A DNA stretch of 64,000 bases from Octopus sinensis (Eukaryota). The notes beneath the pieces are model-generated. The model was not told the origin of the DNA. It worked only from the letters and a program-made list of their open reading frames with translations, and searched no databases. Both the position numbers and the translations under genes were made by a program. The DNA is taken from assembly GCF_006345805.1 (NCBI RefSeq), contig NC_042997.1, positions 101,804,001 through 101,868,000 on the forward strand, in the 5' to 3' direction. Shown piece after piece: positions 12,969 through 26,914 of the stretch (position 1 is its first letter; every line of letters starts with the position of its first letter).

Positions 12969-14678
12969 CTAAAAAAAAAAAAAAAAAAGATAGAAAAGTT
13001 ACACATTATTCATAAATACTCAATAGTTTCATTGGATTAAACAAGAAAACATACTTAGAAGAACAAAGAAATTTAATGAAGTATTTTTGTGTAATTTACT
13101 ACGAGTAATGATGTATTATTGCTTCTAATAATAAGAGTGGTATAATGGCATGAATACGGGGGATGGGATAGGGGGAGAGATATATTTGATTAAATATGTT
13201 TGATTGGCACTCCAGGATAATGAATGGTAAAAATGACTGTGGTTGAATTTCATCTAAGAATGTAACTAATTCCTCACAAGATGTCACCGTCATTTAACAT
13301 TTGTCTTTCATGGGATAGTCTGACAGGATCTGATGGGTCCAAGGGCTGCATTGTAAGCCATTGTCTTCATTGGCAAAGTTACCCTTCCTAACGTCAACCA
13401 CTTTACAGCATACACTGGGTGCCTTTTTCATACCACTAACACTAGTGAAGTTGCCATGCTGCTTGCAAGATTACAAACTCTGCGGAGGACAAGATCATGC
13501 CAGGAGATGACAATTAGAAAGGAGTAAAATATGAGAGAAAAGGTTCAGAGTAGAACAGGTTTTTCTCTGTAGAGATGCTACATGACTCACATTTTAGAAG
13601 AGAAGGTGGAAATGATAGGATGGGGGTGAAAAGTGAAAAAAAGCATGGTGATGAGGTGTCAGAGTGGACCTTCAAAGCATGAGGTGTGTAGGAATGAGTG
13701 GAGCAGAGGAGGTGGGTGGAAAAGTAGCGGGTGTCTGATAGTGCAGAACAGCAGCATTGCAGTTTGGCATGTTTGGTTTTTAACCAAATCTGGAATTCAC
13801 AACCTTTTATAATAAAAATGATAATGATGATCTCCAACTTTGGCATAATGCTACACATTTTGGGGAAAAAGAAAACACACACACAAAAAAGGTGACAGTT
13901 GATTGCACTGATTGTCATAAGCATAAAGGCAATGTTACCGTGGTGAAATTTGAATTCAGAATATACAGGAATATAATTACTGGAAAGTGTTGCTATGCCT
14001 ATTGTTCTAACATTCAAATGTTATCTATTTTTATGATTAATAATAATTTTTAAGAAACAAATATGTTAACAACCAAATGATCACTATTTCAACCTTTAAT
14101 ATGGTTAAAAAAAGTATCAAAAGTTTCTAACATAGGTACAAAGACCAGAATATTTTGGTATAGTGGTGTGGTCGGTTAACTCAACTCTAGTACTTGACTG
14201 GTACTTTAATCAAATCCAAGGGAATAAAAAGTAAAGTTGATTTTGGTGGAATTTGAACTCAAAATATAAAAAGCAAGAAAAAAAATCATTGCAAATAATT
14301 TTCTTTGAAATCCTAACAAAAGTGTAACAATCTCTGAAGAAGGAGTCAAAATAAGCCACTGAGCTCTTCTATGTGGGCCTTTTTCTACAAGTTTTTTCAC
14401 TCAATTTTATTGAACTTGCAATCCATTGAGCAGTTGATGACTTTTAGATGGTCTTTTGTGTCAGATCGGTTTCATTTTTGCTTACATAAACATTGCCAGT
14501 AATGGAAATATGGATGGGTATAAATGAAAGATATTTTCATATGTAAGACAAGATATACATGTTGGCCATGAATAACCCCCCCCCCCCAAAAAAAAAAAAA
14601 AACAATCAACAATGAGCCATGATAAAAGGTAGTAGTTTATCCCTGCTCTAACATAAGGCATGAAATGTGAGAACTTAC

Positions 14679-14831
14679 CGGTTCATCTCCAACAAGAGCA
14701 CTGCCAATCACATCTTCACAGACCCAACTGTTTGGTGTTACTTGGTGCAGTTGCTGGAATAATTCCACACTCCTTTGATGATTATTAGAAGTAGATGCAT
14801 CAAGATGATTCCATAAATTTTGTGCAACCAT
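14679..14831 (-). CDS. DOP1A: DOP1 coding exon 8
   Basis: MVAQNLWNHLDASTSNNHQRSVELFQQLHQVTPNSWVCEDVIG, resembling human LWDQL...HHQKSVELFYQLH. Acceptor ttcttgtag|ATG, donor CCG|GTAAGT, 153 nt. Confidence 0.94.
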
Positions 14832-14991
14832 CTACAAGAAGCATACAGATATATGATTCAATATATAAATGCACACACACACATATATATGTTGCTATTT
14901 ATAAGGTAAACAGAAAGCTTGGATAAATTTTAAAATCTAAAAATCACAAACTTCATTTATACACACACAAAGCATATTTGTAATATATATG

Positions 14992-15290
14992 AGGGCAGTG
15001 GCCTAGTGGTTAGGGTGTTGCATTCATGATCATGAGATTGTGACTTCAATTCCCCAACTGGACAGTACTTTGTGTTCTTCAGCAAAACACTTCACATCAT
15101 GTTGCACTGCATCCTCTTTCATACCCGACATGCGACACACTTTGCACCTGTTCAGACAATGTCAAGTTGGAGGGAATGAGCTAATGTACAGCACATACAT
15201 TTGATTAATATAAACAAATAATTTGTGCAGATCATTCATCTAGAAATGGTGGAAAACTCATTTGTCATCTATGACAGGTGAGTTCCTGAT
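14992..15290 (+). repeat. tRNA-derived SINE
   Basis: A box TGGCCTAGTGG, B-box-like GACTTCAATTCC, core GTGTTCTTCAGCAAAACACTTCAC. There is no cloverleaf or discrete tRNA 3' end. Confidence 0.6.
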
Positions 15291-16697
15291 GTAATATATA
15301 TTTGGAATGGATTTGTCTGTCACCACTGTGTGATTCTGTACATTTTAATTTTAACAGATATGCAATGTAGCACATTACACTTATTCAAGATGACTGAAAG
15401 AAGCTATCAGATGTAAGTGAAGGCAATAGGCAAAAAAAAGGATAATGAGCTGGATAATGATTTACAATGGTTATTTCATTACTTGCCTGGGCATTGCTTC
15501 TTCATGAATCTGATCTGATGCTTAATATGGAACTGCTCTACTATGTGGATTGACAATCAGACTGTATGTAACAGGTCAAGAAATACAATGATCACTAAAA
15601 TGGAAGCTGAATGTTTCTCATTTATTTCCTAATGTATTTCTCTTCAAATGTTTATGCATATAGTACTGTGAATAGTTAAAAATACTTTCATGCATAAAAG
15701 TGGCTGCACAATTTCTTTTCTTTTTAGAAAAATTCTATAGGAACACGTTTCAATTTGCAACATGGAAGTCATGGAATAAGAAAATAAGTTTCACAATACA
15801 GAAAACCACATTATGGCATTGATTCTCTTTTTGCATGCCATTACTGTCCTGCTAAACACTAAACTTGGCATGTCTCAATGTTCAACCTAGTCCTACACAG
15901 AAGTTTTCCAAACTTTTACCTCCAACATGGAGAACTTATCTTCATTCTCTATGGACTCAATCACTACTAAAACCTCTTTAGCATACACATCACTCCTCAA
16001 GCACACACATTCAGACACATCCAAACCCACATGTAACAAAAGCATCACCTTTCCCATGAATACACATACTCACCTTCCATATAACTTCCATAACTTCATA
16101 AACACAATCATATACACTTACATGGCACCTACACACATTAAACAAATACATAAACTCATATGTACTACATAACATACACAACATAGCAACAGTCACAATA
16201 ACACAGCAACGACATAAACATATACACATTCCCCATAATATCACAAACAACTTCTCATTACAGTTACCAAAACACAGTTAAGCACACATTTATACATGCA
16301 CACAACCATACATACCACACACTCATTCAAACACATTGAATTCTCACAACATACAACACAATACAGCAATAAATTCAATAAATCAACAAAATAAAAACTC
16401 ACTGCAATAACATATAAACACTCACTCCCTGAGTCCCATCATTCTGTCTGTGCACTACACCCACTGAAAACACAGCTAATCCATAGACAATTCCTTTTGT
16501 CCAGCTCCATCTAACTAATAGATTCATCACATGACTTTTACAAAAGCACAGAAACATACCAATTTAAATAACATGTACAAATATCTAAATTTGAAGCAAT
16601 GTTCAACCCAATATAATCTATAGACCAAGATGCTGAAAAATGAAAACCACTATTACTTGAAAACATTTTTAAATATTCAAAGTCAAACAAAACAAAC

Positions 16698-16972
16698 CTG
16701 ATAGAAAAGGGTATTGTTATTAAGATATTTGAGATGCCTGGGCAGCAGTGCTGGCAAAATAACTACTGATATGGTTCCACCATCATTGCCAGATGACGGC
16801 TTCCGTTCACTGCCTCCATCATCTTTGCTACGAGACTCACATTCTACTGACTGAGTCAGACTAACCAAATCCAGCATTGTAGAAATTGCTGCTACTTGAA
16901 TATGGAAATTGTCAACAAAGCAACTACAAAGAATCAAATCTTGCAGCCATGGGGGTAGTGCAGAGTCCTCTT
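16698..16972 (-). CDS. DOP1A: DOP1 coding exon 7
   Basis: LPPWLQDLILCS...DLVSLTQSV...ISVVILPAL. Acceptor atttacag|AA, donor CAG|GTTTGT, 275 nt, phase 1 to 0. Confidence 0.93.
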
Positions 16973-19423
16973 CTGTAAATAACAACAAATAAATAAAAAA
17001 AGATAAATAGAAAAATTAATAAATAAAAAGATTAAAAGAAACAGTTAACTATTTATAATATTACCACATCTGATGGCATAAAAGATGCCTGGACTTATTA
17101 GAAGAACCCCAATTTCAGCAGCACATATTCAGGGAAAAAAAAGTTTTAGTGCATTAAAGCATGCATTATAGACCCAACTTCATGTATAGAACCCAGAGTG
17201 ATTTTTTTCCCTTTGACATAAAAAAAAAAAAAATGCATCTTATATGCCATCAAATATGCAATGTTTGTGTGTGTGTGTGTGTGTGTGTGTCATGTTCTTG
17301 CACAAAATAATGCACAAATAGGAAAAGGGGGGAAAAAAAAAAGAGTATATAACATATAGCTGAATTTTGTCCTGTTGATAAGCTGAAAAATTTTTACTGC
17401 TATTTGAGGTCACAGTTAGCAAATATCTTTAGACTCTCCCGAGCTAGTTTCTATTGACAACCATCCCTCATTCTTACTATGAGCCTGCTCACCTATGTTT
17501 ATATCCATCTCTCCCCCTCTCCCCACTCAAATGAAATCCTTAACTCCCTATCATTCATACCTCCATCAATCTCCTATCTACTGTATTATTCTGTGGCTGT
17601 CAGTAATGTTACCTTATATTATATTACCATTTCTGAACTGCCAGCTCTTGAGAGCTACTCTCAATTCACATCCAACCCTCATTCTTATGATTGTAATCTC
17701 AACTCATATTTATCCTACCCCTTTGTTCACCTTCCACTACATTCATCCCCCATATACATCTGGCTACCTCCATCTCTTACACTCCTCCAACACTCTTGCA
17801 ACCATATCACACTGCCTGATTCTTCTTTATCTATACTCTCTTCTACTAAATTTCTTGGACATATTGCTTTAAGAATACATTCTGACATCTCATTACTGTC
17901 ATATTTACTCTTTTTCTCAGGTACTACTCCAGCTACTCCCAGATTTGCCTATGTAACATGCAAGATTGTTATGAATCTCTTCTTGTCCTTACTCTACCTA
18001 TCATATTTTAATCGGTCAATGCCTTGCATAAAGCAATGACCTTATCTCCTATCTTCCCTTTCAGTCAAGAAGGCTCTTTAGTCTTGTAAGTTACAAGGTG
18101 ACCTCAATGGTGCCAGTACTAAGAGAGGGGAAGCACTCACAATACTCTGGCATTAGGAAAGACATCTAGTCATAGCAATCATGTCAAAACTGAGATACTG
18201 GAGCAAGACATGGTCCTTCAACCCATTGCATTGAGTCTATCAAAATATTCAATGCATGCATTTTGGAAAATAGTCACAAGAATCATGATTGTGTGTGTGT
18301 GTGTATGTATTGTAACGAATGGAAAAATTATATTCAGATAATTTCTCATTTGTACAACATGAATTAGAACACTGCTCTCTGGTTTTGCAAGTGAAAACAG
18401 AAAAAGAATTCTTTGGTGTCATGTGACTGTTTAAGGTGTAGGCGGTATGATTTTGGCGCACTTTTATAGTGTGGTTGTAGTATAAAGACTACAATTGCCC
18501 ACGTGGTGAGTTACTTCATGCTGGAAGATGATGTGCAACAGGATGAAAGCTGACATGAGCAGTTTTTTATGTAATAGCCAGTGCCACATGATTGATGTGC
18601 AAAATGGTGCAATTCACGTGGAACAGTTGACACAGTATTAGGTGTTGAGTATGAAGTTGGTTTTGGTGGTTAATATGAATAGTGGAAGGTTTTGAACTGG
18701 CTGCGAAAATAGTGAACTTGGCAACGTAAGGAAGGTGGAATGGTACAGTAAATTCAGAAGTAACAAGAGTTCATTCAGAAAAAAAAAAAAGAGATAAAAA
18801 AGATAGAAAATAAATCATTAGATTGGTGAATAAAAGAAGAGCTCACCAAAAGAAGTCTACATATTTCAGAGGTAAATGAAAGAACTCTTTAAAGAACTGG
18901 CTATTTATTCCATAAATGTTAATGGCCTCTTAATTAAAGTTCTTGTATATTGGTTATACTCAATGGTTTTGTTTGTTATTTTCAACTCTCCTGATTTCTT
19001 TGACTACTGCATCTTCTGCTCTAAGAAAGTTGGTTTGTTGAGCTTACCTATGCGGTCTTCTGAGCTATTGGACATACATTGCTGTATTGTACATGGTTTC
19101 GGGAGGCTGCGTGCAGTGTAACAATATATATAAATTACACTATCTTTTAAATACTATAAAGTGAAAATGTACTACAGTTTTTGTTTTCAAAGTTATGAAA
19201 TTTCTGTATAACAGACAGTTTATATAGCAAAGAGACATATTTGATATATCTGAACAAGCAAAGCATAGTAATACGAGGAAGAAAGGAGTTTGTATGTTTT
19301 TCAAAGCTGCTGCTAGCAGCTGTTATTAATCAGTCAAGTACTGGGGTTAATATAATTGACTAAACCTCTCACTCAAAACTGTTAGCCTTGTACTTAAATT
19401 TACTACTACTACTACTACTAATA

Positions 19424-19750
19424 GGCAAGCTGGTAGAATTGTTAGGGCATCAGTAAATTACTTAGTATTTTTTCTGGGTCTTTACACTCTAAGTTCAAAT
19501 CCCATCAAAGTCAACTTTGCCTTTCATCCATTCAGGGTCAATATAACAAGTACCATTTGAGCACTAGAGTGGAGTTAATTGACTAGCCCCACTCCCTATT
19601 ATTATTATTTAGAGTGGTGGATAGGCAAAATGATTAGGGCATTGGAGAAAATGCCTTGCAGTATTTGTTCTCAGTTCAAATCTTGCCCAAATCAACTTAG
19701 CCTTTAATCTTTTGGAATTGATAAAACAATTACCAGTTAAGTTCTGTACC
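19424..19750 (+). repeat. SINE family A, two tandem copies (ggcaagctggtagaattgttag...gagttcaaat...ctttgcctttcatcc)
   Basis: Homologous copies at about 25876-26230 (two), 41013-41190 and 54504-54715 on plus, and about 14150-14350 and 62290-62450 on minus. Confidence 0.7.
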
Positions 19751-20865
19751 TCTTTTAGAAATCATTACTGTTACTATACAATAACTCTTACTGTGGTCCA
19801 CTAACCATGCTAGAAACAGTGGCCAAATCCCCCTTAAATTACACCTGTCTATCTTAAAAAGAAAAGGACACTATCTGAAAATAAAGTGAGCTAATCATAG
19901 CTGGAACATTTTGTTCATAAGTCTGCTTCATAAAGACTATACAAGAAATAAAAACAACATACACATGGTTCTAATTAGATCTTAAGGCTATCACTGAAAT
20001 ATTGAACTCAACCCTGCGCATATCAGTATTCTGGTGCAACAATGGCTTAATGCATTGAACTGCATTTACTAACAGATAGCTATTCAGAGGCCTTACCAGA
20101 TATCATCAGAGAGACCAGCCCATTAATGTGCTAAGTTTTGTGTAGGACAGGAAGGCATGGAAGTTCATGATTGCTAACATCTGAAGCCATGGGAGGTAGG
20201 GAGAGAGAGTGAGATCTATTTACAGCTAGGTTGACTTGCCAGTTGTGTGTTAAGTGCCTAAGCCACAATCGGGGCAGTAACCAGTCAAAAGATAAATACA
20301 CTGAAACCTTTAGCTGGTAACCTGGCATCTTATCAAATTGGCTAGTTTGCAAACATTGTGTATGTATGTGTGCATGGACATTCTTTTATTAAAAACCTTG
20401 TCAATTTCATTATATATTAGGTTCAAATACACATGTATGTATATGCACACACACACATATATATATTATATATACATAGCCACAGTCTTATCAAAATAGT
20501 AACCTAGATTGATCACCTTTTCTTTACTACTTATAAAGTAGAATAGAATTAATTTGTTTACAAACTGAAATAGAATAAATAGAACAACCTAAGGCAAAGA
20601 TTAATTGAAATCCCTATATGTATGTAGGTGTCTGTAATACTCTCATTTATAGAGAACAGAGTGTAGAGCATAGATGAAAAATGAATTCATGCAGCACTGA
20701 ATATAGTACACCTGTTGATCGTAAACACAGTGGGTGGTAGTTCCAACACTGACACTATGAAACAAAACATATTTCCCAGAAACATTGTTTTAAATATGCA
20801 GGTGAAAACTCATATGTCAACACTGACTTCAGGAGCTTTCATGTATATTTACATATGTTTGTGCA

Positions 20866-20898
<33 letters not shown>

Positions 20899-21235
20899 AT
20901 ATATATATACACACACACACACATATATATATATATGTATATAAATTAGAGAAGAGCCACCATGAAGCAATTCAACAATGATATACTGAAATCATACCAT
21001 ATAGAAAAAAATTAAAGATATGATAAAACATTTACCTAGAACTAAATAAGGTACTAAATAATAAATAAATAGTATATAGTTAGTAAATAAACTACACATG
21101 TTTCGTGGCTATATTTTCAAATTGATAACAATAAAATCAATTCAATTTAAATATAGTCACTCATCAGGTCTAAGATAAAAACAATAAAATAATTAAATAA
21201 ATGTACGTATATTATCTTATAAGAAAAGATAAATA

Positions 21236-21331
21236 TATATATAAATACGTAATATATATATATATATATATAAGTGAAAACTACCAGTATGTTACAGCTG
21301 GATTTACTGTTTTATATATATATATATATAT

Positions 21332-21378
<47 letters not shown>
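21236..21378. repeat. (TA)n microsatellite cluster
   Basis: Visible directly. Similar tracts at 4682-4710, 29758-29820, 47275-47340, 49380-49424, 52145-52180, 58980-59014, 59985-60115, 61307-61344 and 63507-63555. Confidence 0.95.
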
Positions 21379-21379
<1 letters not shown>

Positions 21380-21436
21380 GCATATAAGAAGTGTAGCTGC
21401 AAATGCTGACGTTAGTGAAAGCACCATTTTCAAATA

Positions 21437-22636
21437 CAAAGGCTGTACCAAAAATAATGTAAAAATGGGCTATAAATTTATTATTAAAAAATATAGATCA
21501 CTCAAACTGAACATGTTTGCAGAGTAACTTTTCCTCCTGTTCTTCATTGCATGCAAATAATGGATTCCAGGCAGAATTCCAGGCAATGTGTTATTACTAA
21601 ATTCTTGATGAAGGAAGAACTTTGGTCGTTCAATGTCTGAAGAAAGTTACAAGTTAGTTAAAGGAGATGACACCACTGACAAGAGTAGTGTGCACAGAGA
21701 TGGATGAAGTTTAAAGAAGGGGAAGCCAAGCATGTAGTTGGAAACCATCAATTGCAATCACTAACATGAATCGCTAGTGAGTGAATGAACTGATTCATGC
21801 AGACAGACACATCACAGTTCATGAGCTTATTGCACAACTGGATTGTAGTCACAATGCATTAGAGAAGGTGGTGGAAGACTTTTGAGTATTAGAAATTATG
21901 TGCAAAGTGGGTACCTCAACAGCTGACATCCGATTTGAAGGAGAGAAGGATGGAAGTCGGTGCTGATTTGGAAGACATTTTATTCCAATCTGGTGACAGG
22001 AGATGAGATCAGGGTGCATCTTTGTGATTCAGAAACAAAGACTCAGTTCATGGAATGGTATCACACCTCCAAGACCTATACAGGTTCAAGACCTAGTATT
22101 CAACACAGAAAATCATGGTTTCTGTTTTGGGGGATGATGAAAGCATTCTCCTTGATTTTCTGGAATGTGGCTATACTGTTAACTGTGAGAGGTACATTGA
22201 GACAGTTAAAAAATGATCTAGATGTACAAAATGTGTGCAAGCACGCACATCTTTGGCAACAAATTGGACAATCAGTAAATTGGGCTAGATCACTGGTCAC
22301 CTGTCCACAATACATTCGGATCTGGTGCTCACTGATTTCCACCTATTCAGTCCAATGAAGTATAGCCTTCAAGGACAACAATTGAGTGAGACAGTGAAAA
22401 TGGCTGAGAAAAAGTGGATAAAAACAGTGCATAACTGAATTTTTTCAAAGAGGATTCAAACTTTGTTTTCACAATGAGGCAAATGCATTGCTTATGATGG
22501 AGTCTATGTTGAGGTTAACCAATGTATAGAGAAAGAGTTATTCTATAAACATGTGTAATTTTAACAACCTATATCAGTTAAAAAAAAGTTATGTCCACAT
22601 TTGCATTATTTTTGATAGAATCAACATAGCTTAACA
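21437..22636 (+). mobile_element. Degenerate full-length-sized mariner transposon
   Basis: Fragments KWVPQQL, LVTGDEIRVHLCDSETKTQFMEWYH, VMVSVFWDD and PDLVLTDFHLF occur in shifting frames. Degenerate terminal repeats (caaaggctgtaccaaaaataatg and cattatttttgatag). Ends are approximate. Confidence 0.8.
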
Positions 22637-25259
22637 GATGAAGGGTACATTGAAAGCCTGTAAAATATCCTTGCAATAGGGCTTAAAACAATTTCAGTTA
22701 CAGAAAATAAACCATGTCATTTAAATCATAAGAGATGTCTGTAGAGTTTTTTCCTCTATTTTTTATTTTCCTTATATAATTCTAAGCTGACCTCAACCCA
22801 GTCAACAGAGGGGAAAGATAAATAAAAAGTTAATTTATGGTTGTCGACACTAGTTTAATTTAGAACAGCTGTTCAATTCTAAGTGCTAAAATATGAGAGA
22901 ATATAATTTTTTCAAAGAATTGTGAGATAAAATTGCTGAATTTACTAAAGAAATTTTATAATAAGAGTATAAGTTGTTTTAGAATGAAGAACAGTCCCAC
23001 CAATGAAACTAACAGTGTTTAGAGATTTCCTGATTATTTATTACTAATTCTTTTATGTGAAAAAAAAAAAAAAACACAAAGAGAATATTACTAAGGAAAC
23101 AGGAAACTTGAAAATTTCTTACAAAACATGATTGCTATGGAGCAACCCATGCTAGCATGGAAAACTGACGTGAAACGATGATGATGTGTTGAGTGTGTAA
23201 ATTCACAGGAAATATTGGGGTAGTTATAAAGGTTAGGTGAACAGATTGATTTTTGTTCAATAAATAAATAAAAGTTTTCTTATTTATGCTTGCAATTTTT
23301 CTCAATGCCCATATGTCAATAACATATGAGAAAAAGCCTCTAAGTGGTCAGGTCATTTGATTTGCTAGAAAAAGCAGCTAAATCTCACTCAAATCACATC
23401 ATACTCTGTTAAAAAAAGGAAATGAGCATCATCGTCATAAAAGTGAAGTTGCACATTTCCAGTCTGCCATGGAAATCATATCTAATTGCAAGAAAATTAT
23501 TTTCTTGCTTGGAAACAGGTGAGGGTTGGCGACAGTAAGAACATTTGGCCATAGGAAATCTGCTTCAAACAAATTCCATCTAACCAATGCAAACATGGAA
23601 AAAAAGGATATTAAATGACAAACATGATATTCAATAAAGTTATACAGATACATGGTGACTGAGTGAAAAGAAAATGGGATGGTCAAAGCTGGGGTTAACT
23701 AAAGGTCTGCTCAATTAGAATTAGAATTATATTTTTCCTACAGCTTAGTTGAAAGGGGAAGAACAATGCTCATGACAGTTTTACAGGTCCTTTGAGACTG
23801 AGACTGGTACAAAGAAGAAAAGAGATATCCTCAAGCCAGAGAGCTGACCTGGATAATTGCTACAGAGGAAGATTCACATAAAGCACTCAGAAGTTAGATG
23901 GGTGGTGTTACATCAGGTGATAGGTTAAGTCTACTTATCTAAAAACAGAAACAGTCCCTTCGACAAACTCCCACACAATTTCCATCTTCCAAATTTCACA
24001 CACAAGGCTTTGATTGACTGAAGTTATGGTAGGAGACACTTGGCCATGGTTCAGTGTGGTGGGAATAAACCTGGAACTATCTACTTGGAAAGCAAACTTC
24101 TTAACCTCACAGCCATACGTGTAAATCTGGGGTTAAACAACAGCTGAAGTGAACACCACATGTAGACACCAGATATTACTTGTATGAACTACAGTGGATC
24201 TTGTAGGCTTTTTCTTGATAATTAGCTGCAGATATTAGGGTAATGTTTTTTCCTCTATGGAAACTGTTTCATTTCTCTCTTTTGCCACTCCTTCAAATAA
24301 TATCAATAAATAGGCACTGCATGGCACCTTGGAAAAGTGTCTTTTACTAAAGTCCCAGGTCAACCAAAACATTGTAAGGAGACTTGGAAGACAGAAACTA
24401 AGAGAAATCCATCATGTGTATTTGTGTGTGTGTGTGCGTGTGTTACTTTCACCTTTCCTTGATTTCATGTTGCAGTTGTATGTAAGTGTCACCATCATGC
24501 AAGCATTGTCATTCATTTCCAATACTCTACAGGAACATGTCTGGTGGTAGGGAAATCTTACTTGGAAACAGGAAGAGCAATCATTTGGCAATCATTGAGG
24601 CAAAGATTTGCCTCAACAAATTCCATTTGATGTATTAAGCATGGAAAAGTAGACATTAAAATGATGGTGGCTTTTTTCAAATAATGGTAACCCACGATAG
24701 CAATAGGCTTTTGGAAGTAAACATTTTCCCTCCTCCTCCTCCTACTACAACTACAACTACTACTGTTATTATTATAATAATTCTGCTTGTCATTATGTTA
24801 CATAGCCCGTCAACACTTTCGCATGATTAGAGAAAAAGAGGGAGAGAAAAAAGAGAGTGAGAGAAGTGCTCATGATGTGAGGAACATAATTGTAACACTT
24901 TCACATGATTAGTTGAAGGGAAAGAGAGAACAAGAGAAAGAAAAAGAGGATAAGGTGAAGAGTGAGGCAGAAAGAGAGGGGAAAAAAAAGAGAGAAAAGT
25001 GTCCATGACATGTGGTGGGGGAACGTAATACTTATTATGTGGTTAACAAAAATTAGTTGAATGTAGTGATATTGAGGAGAGTTAGGAATATAATTTTAGC
25101 AGAGGGGTGATGTTCTGATGGTGAAATTAAAGAAAGGCAATGAGAGATGATGGTGGTGGTGGAAATGGTGAGTGCATATTGAAAAGTAATTTTTTAAAAA
25201 TTGAACTGTTTTATATCACCTATCACTTAATGCATATGCATCTCAAACTTGCCATTCAC

Positions 25260-25855
25260 ATAAATAAACCAGTTTCCCATTAGCCTGTCATATGCAATGA
25301 CTATCAATAAAGCACAAGGGCAGACATTTGATAAAGTGGGTCTGTTCTTGCTTGAACCTGTATTCGGCCATGGTCAGCTACATGTTGCAATTTCAAGGAT
25401 TTGCAAATTATCTGATGTTAGAGTTAAAGTTATCAACACTGACAAACAAGGGAAAAGAAGAGGGGGAACTTACATGAAGAACACAGTCTGCAAAGAAGTA
25501 TTGGATTGAAAAGTATATGCAAATTGAAATGTGTATTGGGTCTGACCTTGGCTTATAAGTTACAAACAATGTGGTTTTTAGAATTTGCCATGTTGCATTA
25601 AATTTTTACCCCATGAAATTGTGACCCCTATATTTTACATATAAAATAATTTTCTTTAATATATAAAGTATATATATAATGTATTAACTAATCATTGTAT
25701 TCCAATTTCCTTCACTTTTCAATGAATAGCAAATGAGCGACTATCTTCTGATAGACACAACACAGGCTACACTTTCAGGGATTTTGGATAAAGTTTACAG
25801 GAATAACCCAATAGGTTTACTATTAATTCTGTGAAATATTCACGGGTCCTGGTAG
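25260..25855 (+). mobile_element. Helitron 3' remnant: PIF1-like helicase C-terminus plus terminal hairpin
   Basis: [24 protein letters not shown]...[13 protein letters not shown] matches helicase motifs V/VI. Hairpin CTGTGAA-ATA-TTCACGG at 25829-25845 is followed by ...GTAG|T, a CTAG-like terminus. The element may extend left to about 24800. Confidence 0.85.
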
Positions 25856-26914
25856 TTATTATTATTATCATCAAGAGGGTAGTGCATTGGCAGAGTCATT
25901 GAAGTGTCAGACAAAATGCTTTGTCATATATGCTCTGGCTCTTTAAATTTTGAGTTCCAACTTTGCCTTTCATTCTTCCCATGTTGATAAAATAAAGTTA
26001 CAACCAATGACTGGGTCAATATAATCAAGAAACCCTACCCACAAAATTTCTGGCTTTGTGTCTAGTGGAATGGCAGAATCACTAGAGCACTGGCTGAAAT
26101 GTCTTAGACCCTGCCAAGGTCAACTTTGGCTTTAATCCTTCCAGGGTTGATAAAATAAAATGTCAGTCAATTACTAGAAATAGTTTGACTAACTCTCTCC
26201 CTCCAAAATTTCCGGTTTCGTATCTATAATTAGAAACAATTGTGAAGGTAGAACAGCATTTTGTCTACTTTTACATCAAGTTTGAAGTTTGATCAAGAAT
26301 CCTTATCATCATTGTTTAACATCCTCTTTCCATGCTGGCATGGGTTGAATGGTTTGACAGGAGCTGGCCAGGCAGAAGACTGCACCATACTTCTGTGTCT
26401 GTTTTGGCATGGTTTTCACAGCTGGATGCCATTCCTAACACCAACTACCCTGCAGAGTGGGCTGAATGCTGTTTATGTGGCACAAGTACAGGCAAAGTCA
26501 GTTTTGACATGGTTTTTACAGCTGGATATTCTTCCAAATGCCAACCACGTTACAGTGTGGACTAGATGCTTTTAATGTGGCACTAGCATTGGCAGGGTCA
26601 CCAAATGACTTGCAAGACAAGGAATCTTTCAGAGAGGAGGGGGCATTGGAGGAAGTGCTCTTGTGTTAGATGAAAAATTAGAGGGTGACAGAGAGACAGA
26701 GACAGATGTCTCGGTACATGGGTACCAAGCTAGAGGGAGAGAAAGAGAGATAGTTAACAAGAAAGAGGGCAAAATAGGTGTGCTGTTGTAAAGGAGATAC
26801 ATGGTTACCTAGCCAGAAAGAAGAGCAAGAGAAGGAGAGAGAGAGTGATAAAGAATGAGGGCAGAAATAGAATCTGAAAAAAAAAAATCCAAGTAAAAAT
26901 GTCAATAAATGTAC

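Noticed and set aside
14992-15070. tRNA-like A/B boxes (also at 5418 and 55180)
   Set aside because: They are SINE heads running into SINE core sequence and do not fold as complete cloverleaves.
17479-18039. 186-aa and 125-aa plus-strand ORFs
   Set aside because: CT-rich low-complexity sequence, probably a decayed LINE relic, with no domain.
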